Assembly (NCBI GenBank): GCA_053919585.1
Contig: CM132783.1
Length of the DNA: 64,000 nt
DNA from: Euprymna scolopes
Taxonomy: Eukaryota
Reading direction: 5' to 3' (one strand)
The notes under the pieces are model-generated. The model saw only the letters and a list, made by a program, of their open reading frames with translations, did no database searches and was not told where the DNA came from. The position numbers were made by a program, and so were the translations under genes. Positions 13,839 through 26,690 of the stretch are shown here, piece after piece; within the stretch, counting starts at the first letter, position 1, and every line of letters starts with the position of its first letter.

Positions 13839-14012
13839 GTATTTATTTTTATTAGTTATTCTTTGCGAAACGTTGCTACCTTTTGAGAAAACGTTTTTAA
13901 TTGTACGAGAAAGCAAGATAAATATTTTAATATCGGATCATATATATAGTTTGTTTCTTTCTCTCCCCCCTCTCTCTTTCCCTTTATATATGTATATAAA
14001 TTAATATATATT

Positions 14013-14062
<50 letters not shown>

Positions 14063-14534
14063 CGAGAAAGAGGGGGAAAGAGAGAAGGAGTGCTGTACAA
14101 ATTTTACTCACTATTTGTATGATTACAAGATTTTTATTAATGAACATAAAGTTGAATACAATATCTTTGAATACCGAAGACAAATTCACTTGAAGAATTC
14201 TGGTTGCAAATGTTGTAATTAATGACGATTATTGCTAACACGCACCAAGGAAGTTCTTAACGTCAGGAAACAAATCATTAGAAATGTTGCTACATTGAAT
14301 TTTAATTTATGATTTGGATACATCAAGTTTTATTATATTTGGGATATTCTAAAAAAAAATTTCCATGGCCTTGAGATTTGGGGATCCCACAGTTTATTTA
14401 ATGGTACGTCTTTTTCAAATTGCAAGAGAAAATTCATGGAATTGAACTCTCCGTTGAAGGTTGTGTTTTATAGAGCATGTACTATTATTGAGCTGTTCTA
14501 ATCGTTTAATTTAGCGAGGAAAATTAATATCTCT

Positions 14535-14575
<41 letters not shown>

Positions 14576-14783
14576 AAAGTAAACATTACAATTAAATTTA
14601 CCAAAATGATCCAAGATGGTAAAACTAAAGTATATTATAAATATTAAAGAATTAATATTTATAAAGTAATCTCAACCAGATGTAAATAAAGTATAATAAG
14701 AGCAGGTTAAATATGTTTTTAACTCTTTTTCCAAGTGTTTTAACACGTTTTATTAACTATTTGCTCTTATATATATATATATA

Positions 14784-17700
14784 CTAGCATGTGTACCCGG
14801 CGTTACTTGGGTTACGTCATCATCAGGGCAAGGGACAGGAGAGACGTAAGATTGACCAAGGCTGTGTGTGGTGCCGACTGTTGGACAGACCACCGCCTGA
14901 TCATATCCAAAATGTGCCTCTACATCCAACCCAAGATTCGGCCTCAGGGCCAAAAAGTCACAAAGCGCGTTGACCTGGAAAAACTTAAAAGTCCAGATGT
15001 CATCCATGAGCTTCAGGAAGCAATCAAAGACAAGCTATCTGTCCCCCTCACCATCTCGGACACTATCGAAGATCAGTGGGCACACCTCAGAGACTCCACC
15101 AACTCCATCGCTCTCGAAATCATTGGACCCAAGCAAAAGAAGCACTAGGACTGGTTTGATGAAAATGACTCTGAGATTCAGCCCCTCCTGGAGGAGAAAC
15201 GCCAACTTCTCCGTGAACATCAGAGTGACCCCAAGTGTTTTGCAAAGAAAGCTGCATTCATCAACATCCGCAGCAAGGTGCAGGCCAGACTCCGCTCCAT
15301 GCAGGATGCCTGGCTCAGCGCCAAAGCAGATGAGATCCAGGAGCATGCCAATAGGCAGGATATGATGAAGTTTTACGATGCGCTGAGGGCTGTCTACGGT
15401 CCCCAGTCCTCTAGCTCCTCCCCCCTGCTTAGCTCCGATGGAACAACTGTCTTGAATGACAAAAAGCAAATCCTTGATAGATGGGCGGAGCACTTTAACA
15501 GTGTGCTAAACCGACCATCTTCCATCAACGATGAAGCCATCGATCGACTACGCCAGGAGCCTATCAACGAGGAGCTCGACATCCCACCCTCGTCAGAGGA
15601 AGTAAGCAAAGCCATCAAGCAACTTTCCTCTGGGAAGGCCCCCGGCCCCGACTCAATTCCAGCAGAAGTATATAAAGCTGGTGGACCTATACTGCTTTTA
15701 AGACTAACAGAACTCTTCCAATCCATGTGGGAGAGTGAAGAATTACCGCAAGATTTTCGTGATGCTACTATCGTTCACATTTACAAACGCAAGGGAAATC
15801 GTCAGTCATGTGACAACCACCGCGGGATATCCCTTCTTTCCATCGCCGGGAAAATCCTGGCCCGCGTCCTTCTCAACCGCCTGCTGGTGCACCTTGAAGA
15901 TGGTCTTCTTCCCGAGAGCCAGTGTGGCTTTCGAGCGGGCCGCGCGACGACTGATATGATCTTTGCTGCACGCCAACTGCAGGAGAAGTGGGTCGAGCAG
16001 CACCGGGGCCTCTTCACCACGTTCGTCGACCTGACCAAGGCCTTCGACACTGTTTGCCGAAATGGCCTCTGGCGGATCATGAAAAAATTTGGTTGTCCAG
16101 ACAGGTTCATCGCCATTGTCAGGCAGTTCCATGAGGGCATGACCGCTCGTGTCCTGGATGACGGCGACCCCTCAGAACCCTTCCCTGTGACCAATGGGGT
16201 CAAGCAGGGCTGTGTCTTAGCCCCGACGCTCTTCAGCATGGTTTTCTCTGCCATGCTCCAGGACGCTTTCAAAGACAGTCACTCTGTCTGGCATTGTCAT
16301 CAAGTACAGATGTGACGGGAAATTGTTTAACATCAGGCGAATGCAGGCAGTCACGAAAGTGAGGGAAACCATCATCAGAGACCTTCTCTTTGCCGATGAC
16401 TGTGCCCTTAATGCCCCAAATGAGATAGAGATGCAACGTCAAATGGACGGATTTTCCACCAGTTGTGACAACTTTGGTCTCACCATCAGTACAAACAAGA
16501 CAGAAGTTATGTACCAACCCGCCCCAGGAGATGCATACCATGAACCCGGTATCACTGTCAAAGGACAGAAGATCCATGCTGTGGAGCAATTCACCTACCT
16601 TGGCAGCACCCTCTCCCGCACCGCCAACATTGACATTGAGGTTAACAATAGGATCTTCACAGCGAGCAATGCATTTGGTAGACTTAGAGACAATGTGTGG
16701 AAGAGGAGAGGCATTACACTCGCAACCAAACTGAAAGTATACCGAGCGGTCGTCCTGACAACCCTACTCTACGCCTGCGAAACTTGGACGCCATATAAAA
16801 GACATGAAAAACAGTTGAATGGCTTCCACCTCAGATGCCTCCGTAATCTTCTCAACATCCGCTGGCAAGACAGAATTCCTGACACAGAAGTCTTGAAGCG
16901 CGCGGGGCTCCATACCATCACCACCATAATCCGCAAAACCCAGCTCCGGTGGGCAGGCCATGTCTATCGCATGCACGACAGCCGAATCCCCAAACAACTT
17001 TTCTATGGGGAACTCAGCCAGGGAAAGCGGAATGCAGGGGGCCAAAAGAAACGATATAAAGACTGTCTGAGAACGTCCCTAAAAGACTTTGATATCAGCC
17101 CCCAGTCTTGGGAGAGTCGCGCTGCTAAACGTTCGGCCTGGCGTTGCGTCATCAGCCTAGGAGCCGACAGGGCAGAGAATCAACGCATGACACACGACCA
17201 GCAGAAGCGCAAGAGGAGGAAGGAGAGAGCTGCCTGTTCACAGCCTGCCGATACCGCCTTCACGTGTCCAGGGTGTGGAAGAGTCTGCCGAGCACGGATT
17301 GGCCTCATCAGCCATCTCAGGACCCACAAACCCCTGACGCCGAATTGATTGATACCTTGGTCATCGTCGATTCCGACGGACGAGCAAGAAGAACTTGGGT
17401 TAAAATGGAGTTCCCTTTGAAGTACACCTTATACTACTCAATTTCATCATGGGCAACGTGGATACCCCCGTAACAAAAATAAAAGAACGGATGAAAACAT
17501 GCAAATGAAATTGCCCCCCACAAAAAAAGAAGATATTTCGCCAGAAGGACTACAAAGAGAAGAAACAATTCTCCGGATATTGATCACTGGAAAGCACCCC
17601 CCCAGTAACAACAAAAAAAAATTATTACTTTTATTTCAATAAAAATAACTGCGAATGCCCATGCGATCGAAAAAAATATCTACCAAAAATTAATTCCAAA

Positions 17701-18802
17701 AACAATCAAATTAAATTTTTCGTCCTTTTATATTTCTAATGTAATCCTCCTTCACAAAAAAATTAATTTTCCATATTTTGAGGTTCGTTTTTTTATAAAA
17801 TTGTTAGGTGAAATACAGAATGGTCTCATATAAAATAATTAAATTTATCGTTATTTTATGTTTGAAATATAACTCTCGCCCCCAACACTAAAAAAACAAA
17901 AATAAAAATATATTTGTCATGTTTTGCACCCCCTCGATCGCCAAACTTGAAAAAATGCTAGAGATTACATGTCTCGTTGAACGCTTTGTGCCCAAAAAGT
18001 GGGTGCTCATTTTGCGTTAAATTTATATAGAAAAGTGATCCCTTTCCTAAAACGTTAATCTCCTTTTTTTTCTCAAAATACCTTCTTTCATATTATTTAT
18101 AAACAATATTTATACGTATTAGACCCCCAAAAAGTAGCTCTTAATTTTTTTAGGGGTTAAACGACGCTGGGCCACATCGTAAAAAGTGACCATTTTTAAT
18201 TTAAAATATTAAAGAAATTATAAAAAAATCTGTTTCGCAGGAAATAAAACACGTTTGCTATGGTATAATTATCATAATAAATCATGGGCAACACCGATTA
18301 AATTTTATAAACAAACAAAAAGGAGTAGATAATGTATGGGATGCTGGATTTAGCTCACATGGAAAATTGGCTCTGTGTCTGACTAACTCTCCCCTCGTGG
18401 GGATGCAATTAAATGAGGATATTAGTTTTAATTATTTTTCACTAACCTCATACCCCTCTTCTCCCGGGCATCGGCGTTTAAAATAAGGAACAATGATGCA
18501 TTATGGAGAATATTTTTTTCAAAAAACAACTTATGAATTATATTGGCGTACTAATAGTTTACATGACCAAAGAAAACTGCTAAATAAAGTGTAAGAAACG
18601 GTAATCCAACAGTCTATATAATTATAAAACTTAAATGACCTTGTAACGGGTGGTATAACACATCCGGTTTACGACTACCGGTTGCGCATGCCTACATAAA
18701 CATTAACCTATAACAGCGTAAACAAATAAACACAAATCGCTGGACCGGTTTCCTTCAAACAAACGGACGTCCTTAGAAAAGCGAATATATTAAATATATT
18801 GA
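14784..18802 (-). mobile_element. Non-autonomous Helitron-like element split by the RTE insertion
   Basis: Minus-strand 3' end ACCCAAGTAACGCCGGGTACACATGCTAG|T at 14784 in (TA)n. Sequence resumes after the RTE at ~17403. Putative TCAATATAT 5' end at 18802 (tentative). Confidence 0.55.
14815..17392 (+). mobile_element. Young 5'-truncated RTE-clade (BovB-like) LINE: end of APE domain, RT and C-terminal zinc finger
   Basis: ORFs 14789-15148, 15278-16315 and 16323-17348 join via one TAG (~15146) and one frameshift (~16285). Motifs TDHRL, KAPGPDSIPAE, PESQCGFRAGR, FVDLTKAFD, GVKQGCVLAP, LLFADD, CPGCGRVC...HLRTH. Short (AAG) tail; exact TSD ACTTGGGTTA at 14805-14814 and 17393-17402. Confidence 0.97.
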
Positions 18803-19879
18803 ATAAAAAAAAAACTTCCAGATATGGGACGCAAACGTGATTACAAATAATACGTATAATTATCGACCTATTTCATATATACGACATATATGATATTAAA
18901 TAATCAACGCGACACTAAAACGTACTGTTTTACTGTGTACACTGCAAGCGTGCCAATTTTTTTCGTGTTTAAATTATCCAAATAAAGAATTCTTAATACT
19001 TTCTGCCTTTTTTTTTAATCGTTCTTTTCCGTATTACGCTTAAGTTATTATAACGCAGTTTTCGTACAATGAATCTTCTATAACCCGTTGACAGCCAAAA
19101 GAGTATTTTACAAGGCAATTTACGCGACAGTAAAACGTATTGTTTTACTGTGTACGTTTTTAGCGTCCCAGTTGTGTTTTTTTTTCGCGTTTAAATTAAA
19201 ATATATATCAAAGTTTGAATTTAACTTAAGTATCATGGAATCTGTTCAGTGCACATTTACCTATAAGTATGGCAAACCACTTATGATTCAATGGCTGTAA
19301 GTTTTTTTTTTTTTTAAATAGACAATTATAAACAGAACGACTCATAGAAATCTATCTATATTCTTTTTTTATTTGAATATACTTTCATAAAAATGTTTCT
19401 GTTGTGTCACAAAAAAACTATTTTTGGTAAATATTACCTAACGCTACAACAAAAACTGTATTCAAGGTCGCTGACAACGAATCTGAGAATCAAACCCGCC
19501 CCAAATTTACCGTTTGCATGGTATGAACCCACAGACCTTGGTAATATTTTTTGCCATTTCACCGCCTTCGGTAGTGTTTTTTTTACATGATACGCTCGCG
19601 CCCGATCACATTGAGTGGGGATTATTCAAATAAGAAAGTTTTTTTTTTTTAAAACGTGGTTAATTTTTTCGTCTTACGTAGATTTTAATGCTTTTTTATT
19701 TGACCAAAAATAAAGTTTTTACGAGCGATTTGCAAAAACATAAACATCAAACACATATGTATATTTTTCGTTCTTTGGGGGGGTATTCAATTAACAAGGG
19801 GTTCTGCAGTTTAATTAACCATTTTTCCGTAAGTAATCTGCCGACATTTACCATTGAAAAAAATTCTCTTTACATAAAT

Positions 19880-20330
19880 CTTTGGCCCACCCATCTGATC
19901 TGGTTAGTCTGGTTTCATCGGCAAAAGAACATTTTCAAAGCTAGTTTTCATTTTCATGTATTTCTAAGCCCAAGACAAACGTTTTTTTTCTGATGAGTTT
20001 GGTTTAAAACAGGTCTTACTATGGGCATAATGCTTCTTGCAATTTTGATTAAGACATTGCAGGGTGTCTTTCTGGACAAGGAAGATATTCCAGCCTTGTC
20101 AAATTCTAGCAGCACTGTTGCTCCCTAGCTATTTGATAAGTTGACGGACGACCAAAAATGGATTTTCTTGTGTTTTTGTCCTTCCTTATTTTAAAATTTG
20201 GATTTTCCACGAAGGAAGACAATGCTCTTCGATGGCCTCCAAGCTCCTTGGCTACATCTACAAGAGATTAACCTTATGCAAGGGCTGTAACGACAGGTTC
20301 CTTTTCACTAGCTATCCATCGACCATTTCT
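19880..20330 (-). pseudogene. Tc1-like transposase N-terminal fragment, DD37E/TRT-like
   Basis: Frame-hopping RLSWA.KYMK..SFENVLF.DETR.T..DGWAK resembles the WA.KYMK.DF..VLFTDE.RATLDGPDGW signature. Confidence 0.6.
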
Positions 20331-21532
20331 AGCTATTTTGGGAGACCTGCAATAAATTGATCCACACTTAAAATTACCTGAAAATAGAAAAATGTGCGTA
20401 ATTTTCAAAATATTCTTTCAAATTCTATAAAAACAAGAGAAGAATTTTATTCTCTTCCAGTGTATCAAATTTCATGTCTCGGCGTTTCATAGCAATTTCA
20501 AAATAAAAATAAAGCTATACACAACGTTTATATATATTATATTTATATATTATACTATAGAACGTTACAAAAATTGAATTTAAATCAGTGTTTACATTAT
20601 AATATTTGCTGTCTCTGTTAGAAAGTATATTGGTTTATAGGTAAAATACACTTTTACATCAGAAATTCTCTCCTAATAAATCCATATAAACATAGACAGC
20701 TGACTAATTCTACGTTAGGTCGGCCACGTCAAATATATATATCATGTGTTGAATATTTTATAAACGTTTGTGAAATATTAAGAATTATTTTCAGCCTAAA
20801 ATGTCCTGATAACATTAGATAAGAAAATAACGACTACATTCAATGCAATGGACATATGTGTCGATTAACGAATACTCTATAATGGGACGAAAAACAACAT
20901 TTGTCGGATATTTCTTCACCGATTTGTCAAAACAGATGCAATACTTACTTCTAGCAAAAAGAATTGTGTACACACGTTCTTATCTATGAGGCAACATATA
21001 AAAGGTAAACTTAGGATGCGTTACACACCCGGATTAAGCATATTACATCGTGTTACCAGTCGATTTGCAATATTTGTGCAAAAATAAATAGAAAGCAAAC
21101 AAATCAAATCTCGAGAAGAAAAATTTAAATGACATTTTTCTCTACGACACAGAAAAGTCTGTTCTGCATATGGTAGACTTAGTATTTTATGCGTAGTCAT
21201 ATACACTTAATTCTAAGGTATACAAAATCAACGAATAAAACGCCTTCATTTGATGTAGATTTGCGTTTTTTGCCTTTTCTCGTGAGGGATAAATGTTATT
21301 TAACACATTTGTTAAATAATTTATAATAATTAATATAAGCTGTTTAATTGCTGAACGTTGATAATAATTATTGCATACAAACAATCACCGTCCATTGCTA
21401 TTTCTTTATCATCAAATATTTATATGATTAAATATATAAATTTAGTAACGCTTAATCCTCTGTACATGTAAAATTACGAAAACCTCATGCATGTACGATT
21501 AGATATAATAAATAGATGTAGAAAAATATAAA

Positions 21533-21541
21533 AACAACAAC

Positions 21542-21610
<69 letters not shown>
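21533..21610. repeat. (AAC)/(AAT)n microsatellite
   Basis: Direct trinucleotide run. Confidence 0.95.
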
Positions 21611-21611
<1 letters not shown>

Positions 21612-21895
21612 GTGTGCCTAAACCTAAACGTAGATTCCATGAACAAAGCTTCTTCTTAGAACTGCACGCCTGTGGACTTGTCTTCTCTTTTCCTGCTTTC
21701 CAGCTGACTACAATATGGTTGTCTTCAAGTCTTACGTAAACATGTTTTTGATGAGCCTTTTCATATAAGTTAACAAATTTACCGAATTTCCATTACTATC
21801 GACTACTATATTGTCCAATTTCTATTGAACACTCTTTACCCCGTTATCCTTGAGCTGCCTCTTGGCTTTGGTAAGTAGTAATACCTATGGAAAAA
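21611..21895 (+). mobile_element. Short 3' fragment of the CR1-group LINE family
   Basis: GTGCCTAAA...GATTCCATGAACAAAGCTTC...GTTGTCTTCAAGTC matches 25796-25915; the 3' UTR motif TTATCC.TGAG follows. Confidence 0.8.
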
Positions 21896-21904
21896 TAAAA
21901 TAAT

Positions 21905-23415
21905 GGTACTTGTGCATTCAACGAACCAGACGTAACTCAGCATTTGCTCGGATTTGTCCGGCTCATGACGTCAACAGCTCGGGTTTTGCTGCTGTCTGAC
22001 GAAACATGGTAATCAGCCAATCAAAACGCTGCGCGCTTAGTTTCAACTCGACGCAAGAGATGAGAATTTCGATATGGGTGTTCGAGATGGCGACGATTAG
22101 GAATCTCCAACGCGAATGTGGGTTGCGGTCATGCCACCCAATTTTGGTCTGGAAGAATTTCCTGCGAGATATATACCGTGATTACTTTCTCAGGAATCCC
22201 CGGAAACACAACCTAGGCAGACCTCTACCACCGGCCTAGGCCTTTGGTGGATACGACGATCTTGCCGACCCCGCCGAAAAGGAGTGTGTTTTGGTTAACG
22301 TACCAAATAGGAATGCCGAAATCGTCCTTCCACTAATAAGAAAATTCTTTCTGCCGGAGACCACTCTCGTATCAGAGTGTTGGAGGGCTTACAGCAAAGT
22401 GGAAGGAGAGTGGTATCACCATTTAACGGTGAACCACCGCCTTAATTTTGTAGAGTCCGTACACAGGCGACAACAAATCATGTGGAGCGGATGCGGAAGG
22501 AAGCAAATCAGCGCAATAAACGAGAATGTAGAACCAACCGGGAGCTTTTGGACATACATCTTTTAGAGTTTATGTGGAGACAAAAGTTTGGTAGATAGCC
22601 GTTTGACTCCATATTAACCCACATCGCCGAAAGCTACCCGGTTGGTAAAGAGCTTCCTATCACATTCGCTATCTCATCTCTGTCCACTTTGTCGTCTGAT
22701 GCCCTCCAAAATCTGAGGAAAATACATCCTCCTGAGAAAATATGTACCTGGCAAAAAAAAAAATAAATAAATAAAATAAAATAAAATAATAAATAAATAA
22801 TAATAAATAATAAATAAATAAATAAAATAAAATCTCGAAGGGATTCTGGTTAAAAAATATTTTAAATTCCTTCTCCTGGCAAAAAAGAAAAAAATCCTGG
22901 TTTAAAAAAAATGTTTTGTTCCTTTCCTTTTTCTGACGATTTTCCTTTTCTTTTTTAAGTAGATAGTTAAAAAAGAAATAACGTTTCATAAATAACAATT
23001 ACTAAATATTATTTGTTTAAACAACAACAAAAATTATACTACATATATCATTTTGGTTAATTATTTTACGTAAATAATTGAGAAAAAACTCCCAAAAGAA
23101 ACGTGTTATTAAAAATATAATCACTTACTATTATGTGTTTACAAAAAATGTTTTATATGTATTTATTTTGCAAACAGAAAACAAATTCCAAATAATAATG
23201 CTAATAATAAAAAGACATAAATTAACGGCAGGTTTTTGCTTTTTATTTATTTATTTTTGGGTGTTACTACATTTAGTATTTCATTTTATAGTTATTTTGT
23301 AGCGTTATTTTTATTTTATCGGCAACGCTCGGTTTTATCCGGCTGTTAACGTCATGCGCCGGAGAAAGCCGAGCAAATTCTGAGTTACTTCTGGTTCGTT
23401 AAATGCATAAGTACA
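21905..23415 (+). mobile_element. Merlin (IS1016/IS1595-related) DNA transposon, decayed
   Basis: ~75-bp TIRs GGTACTTGTGCATTCAACGAACCAGA... / ...TCTGGTTCGTTAAATGCATAAGTAC. Internal RKHNLGR...VPNRNAEIVLPLIRKFFLPETTLVSECWRAY...HLTVNHRLNFV...EFMWR matches the ISXO2-like DDE core. Confidence 0.88.
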
Positions 23416-24588
23416 ACATCATCATCATCAACAACAACAACAACAATAATAATAATAATAACACAGAGGGTACGCCTAGATAAAATTACAAATAATTTTA
23501 CTAAATATACAACTACATTGTAGAAACTCTGCATAATACATTATTTGTTAAATTGCAGAATATCACTCGATGATAAATAAAATATCAACTTACAGAAAAG
23601 AATACGTGACTCGTCTTCATTATGTAAAAGTGTATTCGAGCCAATTCTAGTAAAGTCGGTTATATTTTATTTTGTGTAAAGCAAAGACAAGAGAGTACAT
23701 ACAAGGTTATTGGTTAGATTACATTGTCAGCCAAATTAATATCAAATGCATTGATATAACGGATGCAAACGAAAGTAAATAAATAAATCTAATTGTCTAA
23801 CCATCTCGTAATCCTAGGCAGACATACATAATGCGCATTTAACCTTGAATGACATCCGTGTAAATATGATATGACACTTAATATAATCTGATCGAGCATA
23901 AAAGGAAGCGTGTAAGCAATACATTTAAATAAATTTAATATATGAAACCGTTGAATAGAAAGATAACGATATATGTGTGCTAATTCATCTAGAAATGATC
24001 ATCATAAATGTCTATGTATGTATTGAATGCTATATGATATTTATGGATAAAAACAGAAATGATATTATACAGTATATGAGTAGTTGTTCGTTTTCCTTTC
24101 TTCTTACCTATATTTATCTCTTGTACTAAATCTGACATAATAAAACTGGGTATCTATAAAATAAGTCCGTATTACAAAAAGGCGTGGTTTTAGTATAAAG
24201 TCATTTCTAAGGAATTTCATTTTAATATTTCTAAAAATGTTTGAATGTCCAATTATCTAACTATGCGATCTATTTTTTAGAAAGGTAATGTTTTTTCGCT
24301 GGTTCTTCTTAGCAACTTTATTATATGTGCCGCTTAACCGTTTCTTTTATAAGAGTTCTATCTTATATATAGTCACATGTAGAAATATATAAAGAGTGTT
24401 AACAATTTTATAAACGTCAAAATAAATCCATGGGAATAATACCGAAAGTATTAAAATATGTAACCTCTTAATGAGAGCAACTGATTTAAACAGTGAAACA
24501 GGGAGATGGTAAATTGTATTTTTATATCATGGTTGGTTTGCAAATTTCTCTTTTTATGTATCTAATTGACGTTTCTAGTGTATATATA

Positions 24589-26069
24589 CCTCATCAGTTT
24601 GCCCTGTATTTAAGAAGTCAGGTGATAAGTCATCTCCCTCTCAATACAGACCTATAAGTCCTCTGTGTGTTATGAGTAAGTTGCTGGATTCCATATTTAA
24701 TAGAGAAATAGTCAACCACCTAAGCAGGAATAACCTTCTTAGTGACACGCAATATGGTTTCCGCTCTGCAAGATCTACCGCAGATGTGCTGACGGTTATA
24801 TCCCACAGGATTAGTGAATCTCTTGACAAAGGCTTCCTTTCTAGGGCAATTGCTCTTGGCATATCACAGGCCTTCGACAAGGTATGGCATAAGGGTCTAC
24901 TTCACAAGATTTCCAGCTATGGTATAACTGGAACCGTTTTCTCAATCATAAAATCATTTCTCTCCGATAGGCTCATAAGAGTAGTGGTAGATGGACAAAA
25001 ATCGGAGGCCTGCAATATAAATGCTGGAGTCCCTCAGGGGTCAATCCTGGGCCTTACTCTCTTCCTGATCTACATCAATGACCTCCCTAAACACATACTT
25101 AAATCATTCGTTGACATCTATGCTGATGACATGACCATCTACGGCAACACATCAAAGGCTGTAAATGACAAAGTTCTCTCTGATTCTCTCTCCTCTGATC
25201 TCGAGCGCGTGGTTCAGTGGGGGAAGATTTGGCTGGTTACATTTAATGCATCCAAAACCAAACTCCTATCCTTACTTCATCAACGCTCTGGTCCCCATCT
25301 GGCATCAATTGTGATGGCTGGCTCTCGTCTGGGTGAGGCCCCGTGTTTTGACAAGCTCCTGGGTTTGATCTTTACTCCTGACCTGAAATGGAACACGTAC
25401 ATCAAGTCTGTTGCCAAGGTCGCTGGAAAGATGGTGGGATCCTTCTACCGCTCCAGAAGATATCTCACTACTGATGCAATTCTCTATCTATATAAAAGCC
25501 AAGTACGTCCAAGGATGGAATACTGTTGCCATATCTGGGCAGGAGCTGCTAAAAACAGCCTATCCTGCCTTGGCAGAGTACAAAATAGACTTCGTGTCTT
25601 AGTGGGGTATGCCCTTTTCTCTACCCTGAAACCTCTCTCCCACAGAAGAGACGTTGCGAACCTGTCCTTGTTTTATCGTTATTTCTATGGCAGATGCTCG
25701 TCTGAACTCCAATCTCTGTACCCCCTCGCCAATCTTTCACGAAAAACACCCGTCTAGCTGAATCCACTGTAAAAAATTTCCCCCACTCTATATCTGTGCC
25801 TAAATCAAAACGTGGATTCCATGAACAAAGCTTCTTTCTTAGAAGTGCACGGCTGTGGAACTCTGTTCCGTCTGCCTGTTTCCCTCCGGACTACAACTTG
25901 GTTGTCTTCAAGTCCAATGTTAACAAATTCCTAATGAACCGCCCCCTTAAGTAAACATTTCAGCAAATCTCCTCATTAACGTAACGTACTTGCAATAACC
26001 CTTATCCCTGAGTGACTTATGGCCTTGATAAGTGGTGATCACTGTGTAAAAATATATATATATATATAT
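24589..26069 (+). mobile_element. 5'-truncated CR1-group LINE: RT ORF 24591-25757, then frameshift, 3' UTR and (TA)n tail
   Basis: YRPIS, QYGFRSARST, ALGISQAFDKVWH, GVPQGSILG, YADD, RPRMEYCCHIW, LSHRRDVA. The first catalytic Asp of ALDISKAFD is mutated to Gly. Flanked by TA repeats. Confidence 0.93.
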
Positions 26070-26218
26070 TGTTATTGTTGTTATTTTTCAAGCGATACAT
26101 ACGGTTAATATTGGCTCTGCCTCGAAACTCATTTTTTATTTACTTAGAAAGTCGCCCTTTTTAATTAGTTTGGACGTATATAACATTTTTATTTATTTAT
26201 TATTTTTAAAACAGTAAT

Positions 26219-26263
26219 CTACGTACACGCGTGTTTCAAGGTCGTTACCTCTCGTCAGCGTAG
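26219..26263 (-). ncRNA. Minimal type I hammerhead ribozyme
   Basis: Minus strand CUACG-CUGACGA-GAGG uaacga CCUU-GAAA-CACGCGUG-UA-CGUAG; stem II closes with G.U. Confidence 0.85.
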
Positions 26264-26277
26264 TTCAACTGTTTTTA

Positions 26278-26331
26278 GGGATCGAACCTCAAACCATGTT
26301 TACCACAGTTGGTACCTTAACCGTTAGGCCA
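26278..26331 (-). promoter_or_regulatory. tRNA-type RNA polymerase III internal promoter (A and B boxes)
   Basis: A box TGGCCTAACGG (26321-26331) and B box GGTTCGATCCC (26278-26288), 32 nt apart; both fit the consensus. Confidence 0.75.
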
Positions 26332-26645
26332 CAACCCTAGAGTAATTATACTGTTTATTTTATCGTTTATAAATTTAGATTTGTTATTGTTGTTTTTTCA
26401 ACCGATACATACGGTTAATATGGGCTCTGCCTCGAAGCTCATTTTTTTAATTTACTTAGAAAGTCACCCTTTTTAATTTGTTTGGACGTATATAACATTG
26501 TTATTTATGTATTATTTTATTATTTATTATTTATTAAAATATTATTTTAATTTTATTTATTATTTTATTATTATTTATTAGATTACTGTTTTAAACATTA
26601 CTGTGGTAAACATGATCTGAGGTTCGATCCCTAGAAACAGTTGAA

Positions 26646-26690
26646 CTACGCTGACGAGAGGTAACGACCTCGAAACACGCGTGTACGTAG
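26646..26690 (+). ncRNA. Minimal type I hammerhead ribozyme with intact core
   Basis: CUACG-CUGACGA-GAGG uaacga CCUC-GAAA-CACGCGUG-UA-CGUAG. Stems I and II are perfect, stem III is the palindrome ACACGCGUGU, and the GUA triplet predicts a cut after 26685. Confidence 0.92.

Noticed and set aside
26270-26340. Functional tRNA gene
   Set aside because: A and B boxes are present but a proper cloverleaf (acceptor and anticodon stems) does not form; treated as a SINE-type head.
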